DNA of 64,000 bases, taken from Mobula hypostoma. Taxonomy: Eukaryota. Below the pieces are notes generated by a model. The model saw only the letters and a list, made by a program, of their open reading frames with translations. It made no database searches and was not told the origin of the DNA. The position numbers were made by a program, and so were the translations under genes. Below are positions 38,526 through 52,920 of this stretch, piece after piece (positions within the stretch are counted from its first letter, which is position 1; the number at the start of each line of letters is the position of its first letter). Location of the stretch: assembly GCF_963921235.1 (NCBI RefSeq), contig NC_086109.1:30072001-30136000 (forward strand), in the 5' to 3' direction.

Positions 38526-39825
38526 AGTCTTTTGACTGTCGAAACATGGAGGAACTATCATGAACACCCTCTGATTACCCTGTGATTTCATTCTCTGAGG
38601 CTGATGTGAGAGTATCCTTAATGAGGATGAACGCACAGAAAGAATCGGTCCCAGAGGGGGTACCTGGCCGATTACTAAAGACCTGTGCTGATCAACTGAC
38701 TGAACTGTTCACAGACATCTTTAACCTCACGCTTTGCCAGTCTGAGATACCCACCTGCTTCAAGCAGGCTTCAATTATACCAGTGCCTAAGAAGATAATG
38801 GTAACCTGCCTGAATGACTATCATCCAGCAGCAGTTGTATCCACAGTGCTGAGAGATTGATGATGAAACGTATCAATTCATGTGTGAGAATTGACTTGGA
38901 TCTGCTCGAATTTGCCTACCAACATGACTGATCCACAGCAGATGCATTTCATTGGCTCTTCGCTCAACCCCGGAACATCTGGACAGCAAAGATGTATATA
39001 TCAGGATGCTCTTTGTAGACTACACTCAGCATTCATTGCTATCTTCCCCTCAAAACTAATCAATATGCTTATACACCTTGGCCTCAATACCTCCTTATGC
39101 AATTGGGTTCTCAATTTCCTCACTTGCAGACCCCAGTTAGTTTGGTTTGGCAACAACATCTCTTCCACAATCTCCATCGGCACAGGTGCAGCATAGGGCT
39201 GTGTGCTTAATTCCCTGCTCTACTCTCTTTACCCTTATGACTGTGTGGCTAAGCACAACTCCAGTGCCAAATTCAGTGTCCTGATGACACCACTGTCATA
39301 GACCAAATAAATCAATGATGGTGGTGAATTAATATATAGGAGGAAAATTGAAAATCTGACTGAGTGGTGCCATAACAACAACCTCTTACTCAATGTCAGT
39401 AGGACTGAGGAGGTGATTATTGACTTTAGGAGGAGGAAACCAGAGATCCATGAGCTGGTCCTTATTGACTGATCAGAGGTGGAGGGGGTCAGCAACTTTA
39501 AATTCCTCAGTGTTACTATTTCAGAGGACTTGTTGTGGGTCCAGCACATAAGTGCAATTACAAAGAAAGCTCAGTAATGCCTCTACTTCCTTGGAAGTTT
39601 GTGAAGATATGGCATGACATCGAAAACTTTGACATACTTCTATCGATGTGTGTTGGAGAGTATGTTGACTGGTTGCATCACAGCCTGGTCTGGAAGTACC
39701 AATGTCTGTGAGTGGAAAACCTTACAAAAGGAGTGGATATAGCTCAGCCCATCATAGGTAAAACCCTCACCACTATTAAGCACATCTGCACAGTTTTGTC
39801 GCAGGAAAGTAGCATCTATCATCAG

Positions 39826-40159
39826 GGAGAATGATTCCAGGAATGAAAGGGTTACTGTATGAGGAACGTCTGGCAGCTTTTGGGCTGTATTCCCTGGAGT
39901 TCAGGAGAATGAGGGGGGATCTCATAGAAACATTCTGAATGTTAAAAAGTCTGAACAGACTAGATATGGCAAAGTTATTTCCCATGGTAGGGGATTGTAG
40001 GACAAGAGGGCACAACTTCAGGATTGAAGGATGTCCTTTTTAGAACTGAGATGCAGAGAAATTGCTTTAGTCAGAGGGTGGTAATTCTGTGGAATTTGTT
40101 GCCACGAGCAGCTGTGGAGGCCAAGTCATTGGTTGTATTTAAGGCGCCTATATCTTATG
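39826..40159 (+). mobile_element. CR1 3' fragment with an internal deletion, nested in the Rex-like LINE
   Basis: Closely similar to 36960-37272 and jumps directly to the CCTATATCTTATG tail. Confidence 0.8.
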
Positions 40160-42500
40160 AAACCCCACCACCCAGGCCATGTTCTCTTCTCACTGCTGCC
40201 ATCAGGAAAAAAGTACAGGAGCCCCAGGATCCACACCACCAGGTTCAGGAACAATTATTAACACTCAACCATCAGGCTCTTGAACCCAAGAAGCTAACCT
40301 CACTGAACTTCACTTGCTCCATCCCTGAACCGTTCCCAGAAACTATGGACTCACTTTCAAGGAGGCATCTCATGTTCTCGATATTTATTTATTTATTATT
40401 TTTTCTTTCTTTTTGTGTTTACACAGTTTGTTCTTTTTTGCACACTGGTTCTCTGCCCAGTTGGTGTGGTCTTTCATTGATTCTATTGTTGTTGTTGGAT
40501 TACTGAGTATGCCCATAAAGAAAACGAATCTCAGGGTTGTATATCATGATACATATGAACTCTGAGAATAAATTTACTTTGAACTTTGAACTGTGGACCC
40601 CCATTAATAACAGACCTCTGGTTCCAAAAATGCTTCTCAAGCATTATTCTTTGCTTTCTTCTATAGATCCCATTTTAACTTGACTTGCTGTCTCCCTTGG
40701 ATCCTATGGTCTTTGATCACTCTGCCATCCGCAACCTTCTCAAAACCCTTGATAAAACCCATGTAAATTCTGTTATGTGCTCTTCTCTCATTGAATTCTT
40801 TGAAGTTGTAACATGGAAAATCAATCTGGTTCATCATCCTTGCCTTGACGTTAATTTGCACCTTTCCAGGTTTATTCTCTCCTTTTTCTAAATCTAGCTA
40901 ATAAACTTGATGCTCAAATGCAAACAGCGATTTGCATTCCTCCTAAACAGAAGACATCCAAAGGTGCTTGCAATTTGAGCTTTATTATTTTTCTATCTGT
41001 TCGCTCTTATGAATATTTTCTGACTTGCATTTCTGATCTCATTTTATGCCTTGCAATTTTTTTTCTGAAGAATCAGTTGCTACACTTTAGTTCAGCTGAC
41101 TCTTAAATCATGTTGAGCTGTTTCTTTCTCCCTTCTCATATTCAGCAACAGCCACGGTTTTTTCCCAAGCGTGTTTCAGTTGACTTTAAGCCATATTTTA
41201 CAATTTTATGACTTTTTATTGGTATCTGTTTGGCAAAGCAACATTCCAACTTGTAGTAGTATCTGAGGCTTTTGTCATGGCTCACTTAACATTTCACAAT
41301 CTTAATAACTAGTGCTGTGTCAGGACAACGAGGTTCTTTCCCATAAACTTTAACAGCTCTGTAATAGCGAATGAAAGCTGCATCTTGGTGTGTCAAGTGA
41401 TATAGCTAGATATCACTTAAGACATTGTTTTACGAGAAAATGCTAGGAAATAATTCAATAGAAAGACACAGAATCTTCACTCTTTGGTATTCTGCTGTAT
41501 CTTTAAGTTAGTTTAGCTAAAACCACAATAATTTTGCTTTCACAGCTGCACATTTCAGTTACGAATCGAGCATGATCTAATCTTACTGATATTAATACAG
41601 ACACCATCAACTGCATTTATATGGGTACTTTATCACAGTCAATGTTCCATGGTGCTCCACAAACTGCAAGTAGTAATAGAAGAATTAAGGTTGCTGATGA
41701 AATGCATGAGAAAAAAGATTGGGTTATTAGACTTTTGAAGATGGCCAAGTTAGCAGTAATAAAGAAGAGGTGTTGAAAGAGAAAATTCGGGGGAGAAGAA
41801 TCATGATGACTGAAAGCTTGGCTTCATTGGTGGAACACAGATGATGTGCACATATTGCAAGGATTCTTTTAACTTTTGGATTTATCCTCTTTACTGAAAA
41901 GAAACCTGAAAGGGAAAAATCTGCATCTGATATTCATGGTTGTTTCAGTTTGCAGAACAAGTAACTTCTTTAATATCCATGCTGGTAAGTATTCTGCTGT
42001 TAGGTAAATATTGCAGATATTATTTTAAACAATAACCAGTCCAGTCTTTAGTTCTTAAGGTGGATTGTAAATTGCAAGCAGTAAATTGAATTTAAAAGCA
42101 GATCTTTGCAAATAATCTGTCTGGTCCACAGACTAAAAGATATGGTTTGCGCAGTGGTGACCATGAGATGTCTCCAGATGCGTCAGCCAAATGTTCAGAC
42201 AATGGCTTTTGTTCTGGCATCTTTCCCCTTCCTTTCCAGTCCTGAGGAAGGGTCACTGCCCAAAACGTTTATTCACTTCCATAGATGCTGCCTGACCTGT
42301 TTTCCTCCAGCATTTTGTGTACTGCACTTGGCATGTCAAACATGGCCACAGGTACAGGCAGTTAACAGTTTATGTACTGAGACAGCCCTGACAACATTAA
42401 CTTTGGATGACCAGCTCTCTGTATTCAGAAGCTTTTGGTCCACTAGTGTTCAAACACCTTTGTCAGAAAGTAATTCACACTAAGAGGTGTCTACCACTAT

Positions 42501-42746
42501 TGATATGTAATTCAAAGGAAGCATTGTCAACCCAAAATATTGAAGTAAATAATGTCATTGTAACTATTGAAATTGTATTGAATCACCTGCTGTTACCTTT
42601 GATCTTAAGGGATAAAAATATGATATACTTTTGCGTTTGTGAGCCTCTACCGAGAGCGTTTCCAGAAGAATGTCTGCTTGTTGTGATGAATAAAGACGTC
42701 TACATCATCAGCTTCAGTGTCTCTCTGGTGACTTTGTGTGGGTCAT
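42501..42746 (+). mobile_element. Possible solo LTR
   Basis: TG...CA ends, GATAAAAA and AATAAA in LTR-like order. No clean TSD found. Confidence 0.3.
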
Positions 42747-42811
42747 ATTTTGTATCTGGTTTTGGACACTTCTTTTGACCTTGCATAACTAAAGCATTTT
42801 TATTTTGGGAT

Positions 42812-43068
42812 ACATAGGCCCTTTGATCCACATCACTCTAGCGACCCCCAACAAACCCAATTAATCCTATTCTAATCAAGAGACAACTTACAATGACCAA
42901 TTAACCTACCTGGTATGTCTTTGAACTGTTGGAGGAGACTACAAGCCCTGGAGAAAACCCATGCATTTCACGAGAAGGACGTACAGAGACTCCTTACAGA
43001 ACAATGCTGGAATTGAACTCTGAACTCTGGAACACCCTGAGCTGAATAGCGTCATGCTGACTACTGTG
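42812..43068 (-). mobile_element. tRNA-derived SINE
   Basis: Same body as 33560-33770 (GACCAATTAACCT..GGAGAAAACCCA..GAATTGAACTC). Confidence 0.6.
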
Positions 43069-44797
43069 CCTCCATTTTCTGTGGCATGGAGTTTCCCCAC
43101 ATTTGTTACCATAAAGTAGCAACAGTTAAGCCTTCATGCTGACTTGCATTGAAAGCTCCCCATCATCAGCAAACTAGCAAGGTAAAAATGGCCACAAATT
43201 TCAACAAAATGTCTATATATTTCATAAACAATAAAAAAAAATTGTAATTGTAGAAGAGAATATTGTAAAAACAGCATCTCCAAAACAAATTATTATCTTC
43301 ATTGTTCAAAAATATTTTCAAAATTGAGTCAATGACAATCCACAGATATATCAAAAAATTGGGAAGCAAAGAGGCCATAAATAGTAATTATGGCTTTACA
43401 CTTAATTAAAAACGTATTTTTTTGTTCACCTTTTTCGGATGCTTTTGTGCATATCTGAAGCTCTCATCAATTCATTGATCGCATAAGGAATATTGCAACA
43501 ATGCAAATTGGAGGGGCAGTGATACCAACTTCTGACTTCCACGCTCAACATCATTTACTGTCAAATTTCTTTAATACCAATTCATGCAAATAACTTTGCT
43601 ACTAATCTGAAAGCAAATTCTATGTTATTATTTCAATTCTGTAGATATTCAGAGAACTCAGGTTCATATATATATATATATGCCCGAGAGTGATGAAAGT
43701 CAGTTAATGTTTAATTTACTTTTTCTTGAAGTTTCAATTTATTAGTTTGAATTTCATGTTAAATAAAGAAATAGTACTGATAATCCTATTAAGCAAGTGA
43801 GCCGTGGAAAGCTATCCAAGTACTGGAGACATTTTTCTCATTGTAATACTAAAAATTTTCACTCTTTAGTTTCACTTGCTCTTGATGCATTTCTGAAAAG
43901 TTTGATAGCTAAATTGATTCATTTAATGGAAAGATTCTTTGAGCTGGCAGATGCCATAATTGAATACATCACACATTATTATCGCCATTTCACAGGGAAA
44001 TCCTGATGATAGGTTGCATGATATTGCCTGTTTGAGTGCTTGTATGGAGGGAATTTCGTAAATGGTAATAACTGACTATATATTCAAAATTATCCATGGA
44101 ACCCTTTTATATGTAATAAATGTTACTTCTAGATTGATCTGTAGCAGGCATCAATCATTTTTCCAGATTGGTCTATTTGTGTGCTGATAATGCAAAATAA
44201 TAAATTCCATCTGTTTTTCTGCAAATTATGTATTTTTTTTATTTTTAATCTTTTACTGAGGTAGTTCGTATTGTGGACTCAGTATTCATTGACTTGTAAT
44301 GCCAATTTTTGACACACCTTTGCAACCATAGTAAAATGTTTGTCAATTGAAGCATTTGAACTTTGATTGCATCTAGTTTGAGGTCCACAAAATGTGATTA
44401 AATTAAGAGTAAAGTGAGTGAAATCATGTACAGAAACTTAGAAGTTCAAGTAGTTGCAGGTGCATTTGAATTTCACAAAGAATTCTTAAGCAACATTATT
44501 ATAAAATAAGCAATTGAAGTTGATGTGCTGCATGTAATATAAAACATTAATCATTGCACTTATCACAATTGCTCAATTTTATGTGCACATCAGGTTTTCT
44601 CATTTTAATCTTCATTTTCATAGTCATGCATCTTTGTTTTTGGGTACAGAATGCTTCTTAAGATTCAAATTGTGTAATTTGTGTTTCATAATGTTGATCT
44701 TTTGATTTTTACTCTACTTAATTTTTTTGAGGTTCAGGTTCGTAATAATTTAGGTAATCCAGACCCTGGATTTTTAACCATCCCTCCCCTCTTCCCT

Positions 44798-45284
44798 GGT
44801 ACAGAGGGGTTTATCCAGGATGTTGCCTCGATTAGAAGAAATGTGTTATGGGATAGGTTGAATATGCTTGGATTCTTTTTTCCGGAGCAGTGGAGGGTGA
44901 GGGGGAGACCTTAGAAATATTTATAAGATTATGATAGTCATAGGAAGAGTAGATGGGTGGTATTTTTTCCCCTGGTCAAAATATCTAATATCAGAGGGGG
45001 TTACTTGAGGTGAGAGGAGGTAGGTTCAAAGGAGATGTGTAGGGCAAGATTATTTTTACGGAGTGGTGGTTTCCTGGATTCTGATGCCAATGTAGTAGTG
45101 GAGGCAAGTACAAAGATGTTTAACATGCTTTTTGATAGGTACATGAATCTGTGGATAATGGAGGGATATGGACATTGTGTAGGAAGCAAAGCTTAGTTTA
45201 GTTAGGTGTTTATTTACTAGTTTAATGTGTTTGGGCCAACGTAATGGGCTGAAGGGTCTGTTTCTTTGTTATACTATTCTGTTC
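44798..45284 (+). mobile_element. Old CR1 3' fragment
   Basis: CR1 C-terminal pattern. Its (TTCTG)n tail continues at 47328-47350 beyond a nested insertion. Confidence 0.65.
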
Positions 45285-47327
45285 ACAAGACAAAGGAACA
45301 GAAGTAGGCCATTCGGCCCATTGAGTCTGCTCCGCAGCTCCCCCATGAGCTAAACTATTCACCCATCTAGTTCCAATTTCTGGCTTTTTCCCCATATCCC
45401 TTGATACCCTGACTAATTAGATACCTGTCAATCTCCTCCTTAATCACCCTCAATGATCGCACCTCCACAGCTGTATGTGGCAACGAATTCCACAAATCCA
45501 CGACCCTCTGGCTAAAAAAAATTCTCCTCATCTCTGTTTTAACTGGGTACCCTCTAATTCTAAGACTATGGCCTCTTGTCCTGGACTCACCCACCAAGGG
45601 AAACAACCTTTCTACACCTACTCTGTCCAACCCTTTCAACATTCGAAATGTTTCTATGAGATCCCCTCTCATTCTTCTATACTCTAATGAATACAATCCA
45701 AGAGCTGACAAACGCTCCTCATATGTTAGCCCCTGTATTCCAGGAATCATCCTCGTAAATCTTCTCTGAACTCTCTCCAACATCAGTACATCCTTTCTAA
45801 GATAGGGGGCCCAAAACTGCATACAGTATTCCAAATGAGGTCTCACTAATGCCCCATAGAGCCTCATCAACACCTCCTTACTCTTATACACTATTCCTCT
45901 TGAAATGAATGCCAACATAGCATTCGCTTTCCTTACTGCCGATCCAACTTGGTGGTTAACCTTTGGGGTATCCTGCACGAGGACCCCCAGGTCCCTTTGC
46001 ACTTGCGATTTTTGAATTTTCTCCCCATCTAAATAATAATCTGCCCGATTATTTCTTCTTCCGAAATGTACAACCGTACATTTGTCAATGTTGTATCTCA
46101 TCTGCCATTTCTTTGCCCACTCTCCTAAACTGTCTAAGTCTCTCTGCGACCTTTCGGTTTCTTCAACATTTCCTGCTCCTCCACCTATCTTGGTGTCATC
46201 CGCAAACTTAGCCATAAAACCATTAAATCCATAATCCAAATCATCGATATACATCGTAAAAAGAAGCAGCCCCAACACCGACCCCTGCAGAACACCACTA
46301 GTAACCGGCAACCAATCAGAATAGGATCCCTTTATTCCCATCCTTTGCTTTCTGCCTATCAACCAATGCTCCACCCATTTCAATATCTTTCCTATAATTC
46401 CATGGGCTCTCATCTTATTAAGCAGCCTCATATGCGGCACCTTATCAAAGGCCTTTTGAAAATCCAAATACGCAACATCCACAGCGTCTCCCTTGTCAAT
46501 CTTATTTGAGATTACTTCAAAAAATTCCAATAGTTTGATGAGACAGGATCTTCCCTTCATGAAACCATGCTGGCTTCGGCCTATCTTGTTGTGCACCTCA
46601 AGGTATTTCATAACCTCGTCCTTGAGGATTGACTCCAATATCTTTCCAACTACCGATGTCAGACTAATAGGTCTGTAATTTTCTTTTTGCTGCCTCCTTC
46701 CTTTCTTAAATAGCGGAACTATATTTGCGACCTTCCAATCCTCCGGAACCATGCCAGAGTCTATTGATTCCTGGAAGATCATTTCCAATGCTTCCACAAT
46801 CTCCAAAGCCATCTCCTTTAGAACCCTTGGGTGCACCTCATCTGGACCGGGAGACTTATCTATGCTTAGTCCACTTAGCTTCCCAAGCACTTTCTCTCTA
46901 GTAATCTTGACTGTACGGAATTCTATTCCCAGATACCTCTGGCTATCAGGTATATTGCTCATGTCTTCCACTGTGAAGACTGATGCAAAATACTCATTCA
47001 GTTCCTCCGCCATCTCTTTGTTAATGATTATAATTTCTCCAGCATCATTTTCAATCGGTCCTGTATCTACCCTTGTCACTCTTTTACTCTTCATATATTT
47101 AAAAAAACTCTTAGTATCCTTTTTTATGTTAATTGCCAACTTCCTTTCATAATTCATGTTTTCTTTCCTAATGACTTTCTTAGTTACCTTCTGTAAGTTT
47201 TTAAAAGTCTTCCAGTCCTCATTTTTCCCACTAATTTTTTCTTCCTTGTACGCCATTTCTTTTGCTTTTTTTTTTGCCTTAACCTCTCTGGTTAGCCACA
47301 TGTGTGTCATTTTTCCATTCATGATTT
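45285..47327 (-). mobile_element. 5'-truncated CR1 LINE with an uninterrupted RT reading frame
   Basis: ORF 45367-47361 (664 aa) contains KSPGPD, YRPISLTS, DFQKAFD, GVLQGS and FADD through to the stop codon. 10-bp TSD TATTCTGTTC (45275-45284, 47328-47337). Confidence 0.92.
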
Positions 47328-47946
47328 TATTCTGTTCTGTTCTGTGTTCTCCCTTGGACAATATGCCATCTCCATATGACTCTAGTCCTTCAGCATTTCT
47401 TGACTTTGATTTTTCCTATGTTGTCATGTTAATCTTGGCAGCCATTGCTAAGCTTATAGCTTTATTCCTTATTTCTCTTCATAGGCTTTGTAGGTACATT
47501 CAAGTATACATCTCAGATCTTGCGGAAAACTACCTCAAGTGATCAATCCTAGTCTCTTGACAGCTATTACAGCCAATATATTAACTGAGAACAAGTCCTA
47601 CCACATTCCTGTTTCACTGGCCCCTCTGAATGTTATAACAGTTTATCATCCATTAGTGCCTTTTTCTTTCTTTTCAAAATCTGTGCTCACTTGTCAGCAA
47701 GGCCCTTGCCATATGTGAGTTTATTGTCAATCATTGTTTCAATGTTGTGGCTTTGACAGCAAACTTGATGAGGGTAATGTTATCTTCTTCCTAAAAGAAA
47801 GCTCCCTGCCTATCCATAGCTTCTACTTTGGGTCCATTCTAAATTTATATTGTGACTGTGAGGTTTTAAACGAAAAGAAATCATGCCTTTGTCTCTCCCT
47901 CTGCTCCTGTGTTCCCTGTTGTCCTTTGAGATTATCTTCTGATATT

Positions 47947-48155
47947 TTCAAAGTTCAAAGTAAATTTATTATCAAAGTATTACCATGTACTACCATGAGA
48001 TTCATTTTCTTGCAAGCATTCACAGTAGAACAAAGAAATGCAATAGAATCAATGAAAGACTATGCACTTACTTACAAACAACCAATATGGAAAAGAAGAA
48101 AATCTATAGAAATATAGAAAAAGAAACAAAATTAGAATAACTAAATAATTCTGAG
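47947..48155 (-). mobile_element. Rex-like LINE 3' tail fragment
   Basis: TTCAAAGTTCAAAGTAAATTTATT is the reverse complement of the tail at 40568-40592. Confidence 0.6.
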
Positions 48156-48304
48156 ACATCTGTTCTCTCTCTGCTCACTTAAGATTATCTTTTTGGACAA
48201 ATTTATCTTGATTTATATCAAGGTCTGTATCAGACGCAATCAGCACAGTGATTCAAGACAGCAAAAATCAATACACTCCCAAACAGTCCATCACCTTTAT
48301 TAGA

Positions 48305-48905
48305 GCGGGGGAGAAGGCTCAACATCGGCCTAGCTCCTTGGGAGGGCTTCTTGTCACTGCATGAGACCGGCAGCTCCAAGTCGACCTAGGGAGGCAGCTC
48401 AAGTTCCCAGAGAACATCGCAGCCATTCCGCTCCGCCCGGATATGGTGTTAATATCGGAGTCTACAAAGCAAGTGGTCCTGCTGGAACTTACTGTCTCCT
48501 GGGAAGACCGGATTGAAGAGGCAACGAGCGCAAGAGGGCTAGATACACAGATCTTGTTGTAGAATGCTGGAGAGCTCGCTGTGAGCCAGTCGAAGTTGGG
48601 TGCTGGCGCTTTGCTGGCCATTCATTACAGCGGACTCTAAAACTCCTTGGAGTTAAAGGACTGCAGTGCGGAAGAGCCACCAAAACATGCTGGAGGCTGC
48701 TGAAAAGGCCTCGTGGTGGCTGTGGATCCAGAGGGGGGAAACCGTGGATTAGTGCGCCACTTGGACACAAGTCGGGGGCTGATCACCCTCGGCTGGGTCG
48801 CCCGGTCGAGGTTGTCTGATGGTTAAAGACCGGAAACACCCTATGACCCCAGGTTCATCACTGAAAACGTGTCCAAGTAGCACTAGAAGGTGTATTCTAC
48901 AACTA
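48305..48905 (+). mobile_element. 3' fragment of a HERO/R2-group non-LTR retrotransposon (restriction-like endonuclease domain + 3' UTR)
   Basis: Translates QLQVDLGRQLKFPENIAAIPLRPDMVLISESTKQVVLLELTVSWEDRIEEA / ERKRARYTDLVVEC / EPVEVGC, which is the RPD..E..K..Y endonuclease motif. Confidence 0.75.
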
Positions 48906-49952
48906 CTTTACTTCATTTAACATGCAGAAGGAAATTGGATTGATCTTAAATTTACTGCAGAAAATATAAATCCCAGAATAATCTAATTTGGTCTTTTCCT
49001 GTGTCACATTGCTACATAGTTTGGCTCGCTTTCTAACCCGAAGCCCCCTTGCTTCTAATTCTACTTGTGCCTCTGTTATTTTTTGTGTCCCTCCCTCTTG
49101 GGAGTCATGGTGGTAGAAGGAGTCTGTGGTTTCTTTCCTCTTGGGTCACTTGCACTCACTTATACCCCACACTGCTTCTTCATTCCATTTTGACCACCCA
49201 ATGCCATGCCAGTTTTCGTAGCTGAAGTAATGTCTTTCTTAAGAATTTGCACTCTGTGGAATTATTCTCAGTGAATTTAATCGTCATCCCTTTATCAAAT
49301 TTTCCATTGAATGAATTCCCTTTTAATACATACCGCCTATTTTTACTCTCAAACCCTTGGAGTCCACCTGAGGATCTACTTCATAGAGAACTAATTATGG
49401 AGGTAAAGAGGGAATCAGATTTATCTGAAAGGAGCTTTTTGAACTCTTCAACAGACTGAATTGTTAATGTGATTGCCCTCGATTCCATCTGCAACAAACT
49501 CTCCATTTCATTCTTGTTACCAACCCAGACCACCAAAAAAAAACTCCAGTTGTAAAGCAATAACACCTTAGGGATAGTATATATCTCTGCTGACTTTCAA
49601 AAAGTTAGCAGCGAAGTCTGCAACATGAGTGTTAGATGCAACCTGAGATTAGTTCTTTTGCTGCAAAATCCCTTATCTGTGCCTTTATTTCTATACTTAC
49701 TCCTTACCTACCGCTGCAACTTCGTGAAAGTTGATCATCAAATATTCCCCTAACTTTATCCTAATTCACGGCTGGTCCATTAACTCAATACCCTTCTTAA
49801 CTGGTGTCCACAATAATGTATGGTTAAGCAACATATTGATGCTGAAGTAATTATTTTTTTAAAGAATCCTCCAAAAGTTTACTCCTCAAAGTGTCTCTTA
49901 CAGTTGTCCATTTGCTGCATATACTGTGGTGCCTAATCATGTAAATATGCTT

Positions 49953-52920
49953 ATAGAACATAGAAATCTACAACACAATGCAAGCCCTTCGGACCACAAT
50001 GTTGTGACGACTGTGTAATCTATTCTAGAAACTGCCTAGAAATACCCTACCGCATAGCCCTCTATTTTTCAAAGCTCCATGTACCTATCTACGAGTCTCT
50101 TAGAAGGCCCTGTTGTATCTGCCTCCACCGCTGTCACTGTCAGTGTATTCCACGCACCCACCACTCTCTGTCTGGAAAAACTTACCCCTGAAATCTCCTC
50201 TGTATCTACTTCCAAGCATCTTAAAACTATGCCCCTTCGTATTAATCATTTCAACCCTGGGTAAAAGCCTGTGGCTATCCATACAATCAATGCCTCTCAT
50301 CATCTTATACACCTCTATCAGGTCATCTCTCATCCTCCGTCGCTCCAAGGAGGAGAGGCCAAGTTCACTCAACCTATCTCATAAGGTACACTCTCTAATC
50401 TAGTCACCATCCTTGTAAATCTCCTCTGTACTCTCTCCATAGTAACCACATCCTTTCTGTAGTGAGGTGACCAGAACTGAACACATACTCCGAATGGGGC
50501 CTGACAAAAGTCATGTATAGCTGTAATATTACCTCATGGCTCATGAACTGAATCCCATGGTTGATGAATGCTAACACAGCGTATGCCTTCTTAACAACAC
50601 TGTCAACCCGCGTAGCAGCTTTAAGTGTTCTGTGGACACAGTCCCCATGATCTCTCTGATCCTCCACACTGCCAAGAGTCTTACCATTAATATTATATTC
50701 TGTCTTCAAATTTGACCAACCAAAATAAACCACTTCACCTTTATCTGGGTTGATTTCCATTTGGTACTTCTCAACCCAGTTCTGCATCCTATCGATGTCC
50801 CACTGTAACCTCTGACAACCCTTCAGACTATCCACAACACCCCCAACCTTTGCGTTATCAGCAAACTTACTACTCCACCTTTCTACAGACCATGTATGAC
50901 TACCTTTTTGCCTTCTGTGGGCAAGCCAATTCTGGATTCAGAAAGCAAGGTCTCCTTGGATCCCATGCTTCCTTACTTTCTGAAGGAGCCTTGCATGGGG
51001 AACTTTATCAAATACCTTACTGAAATCCACATACACTACATCCACTGCTCTACCTTCATCAATGTGTTTTGTTACTCCATCAAAGAATTCAGTCAGGCTC
51101 ATAAGGCACAGCCTGCCCTTGACAAAGCCATGCTGACTATACCTAATCAGATTGTCTCCCCAAATGCTCATAAATCCTGGCTTTCAGGATCTTATCCAAC
51201 AACTTGCCAGCTACTGAAGTAAGACTCACTGGTCTATAATTTTGGATTATCTCTACTCCCTTCCTTGAACAAGTGAACAACATTTGCAACACTCCAATCC
51301 TCTGGTACTTCTCCCACATCTATTGATAATACAAAGATTATCGCCAGAGGCTCAGTAATCTCCTCCCTTGTTTCCCCACAGTAGCCTGGGGTATATCACG
51401 CCCAGTCCCGGCAACTTACCTAACTTAATGCCTTTAAGAAGCTCCAGCACATCCTCTTCCTTAATGTCTATCTGCTCAAGTGTTTTAGTCTGCCCTAAGT
51501 CATCCCCACAATTGCCAAGATCCTTTTTCCTAGTGAATACTGAAGCAAGGTATTCATTAAGTACCTCTGCTACCTCCTCCGACTCCATGCACACTTCTCC
51601 ACTGTCGCACCTGATTGGTCCTAGGCACAGCTCAGTCTCTTGCTCTTCACATACTTGTAGAATGCCTTGGGTTTTTCTTAATCCTACTTGCCAAGGCCTT
51701 CTCATGGCCCCTTCTGGCTCTCCTAATTTCATTCTTAAGCTCCCTCTTGGCAACCTTGTAATTTTCTAGAACTCTATCAGTACCTAGTTTCTTGAACCTT
51801 CTGTAAGATTTTCTTTTCTTCTTAACTAGATTTTCCACATCCTTTGTACATCATGGCTCTTTTACCCTACCATCCTTTCCCTACCTCAATGGAGCAGACC
51901 TATGCATAACGCCACGCAAATATTCGCTGAACATTTGCCACATTGTTGCCGTGCATCTCCCTGAGAACATCTGCTCCCAAGTTACTGCCTAATAGCATAT
52001 TTCCCCCTACCCCAATTAAATGTTTTCCCAAATTGTTTTCCCCTTTCCCTCTCCAGTGCCACCTCCAAAATCCTCTCCCACCAAGTAATCTGGCACCTGA
52101 CCAGGTTCATTTCCCAATACCAGATTAAGTACAGCCTCTCCTCTAGCTGATTTATTGCATATTGTGTTCAGGAAACCTTCCTGAACACACCTAACAAAAT
52201 CCACCCCATCTAAACATCTTGCTCTAAGGAGATGCCAGTCAATATTTGGAAAGTTTAAAATCTCCTATCACAACACTTATTATTGCTGGCTGCAGGCGTG
52301 CTTTCCATTACTGATGCTCTCCCTTCCCTCTCCGGACAGTCACCCACTGATCTGATCTGTCTCCTGTGGCCCTGCTGTAACTCCCTGCCTGTAGCTCTTA
52401 TCGATCACCACCTCACTTTCCTTAACAAACAGAAGGTCATTGAGCTGCAGCTTCGGTTCCTTAACTCGATCTCTAAGGAGCTGCTGCTTGATGCACCTGG
52501 CACAGATATGGCTATCAGAAAGGCTGGAAGTCTCCCAGATATCCCACATCTGACACCCACAGCAAAAACTGGCCTTGCAGTCATACCCACTATTCTTAAG
52601 CTAGAGGAAAAAAAGATATAGAAGTAACTTGCGTCTTTACCTCACCTAGGCCTGTCCCCGCCGAAGCCCTGATGAGCCAAAGCCTTCTCCTCTGACTCGC
52701 GCTACTCTGACTACTGCTCTGCTAGGCAGTGTCTCCCTTTTATCCTGGAACCTTCTCAGCGGCCTTGCGCACTTGTGCAATGACGAGTTACTGTCTCTGT
52801 GCACTTCTCCCGAATGAATCTGCCGCTGAAAGAAACTCCTTGCTTTTGAAATCTTCTAGGTGGCCTTGTGCGATGATGAGCTACTGCATTTGCCCACTCC
52901 TTCCAATCGAATGCCTTGCA
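49953..52920 (-). mobile_element. Degenerate, internally deleted CR1 retaining ORF1 and 5' UTR
   Basis: RT fragments at 50100-52204. ORF 52340-52549 (MWDIWE..CARC..LRDRVKE) is homologous to ORF1 at 22141-22602. Confidence 0.85.

Larger units (their letters stand above)
36330..40592 (+). mobile_element. Degenerate near-complete Rex1/Babar-like LINE ORF (APE + RT), with nested inserts
   Basis: LANIQSLDNK/CFTETWL, TLDHFHT/SDH, PTCFKQASIIPVPKK and [14 protein letters not shown] fragments are colinear. (GAACTTT)n tail at about 40576-40592. Confidence 0.8.

Noticed and set aside
48812..48845. CTGATGG..GGAAAC in the HERO-like 3' UTR as a hammerhead
   Set aside because: The core reads CUGAUGG rather than CUGAnGA, and no convincing stem III or cleavage triplet follows.
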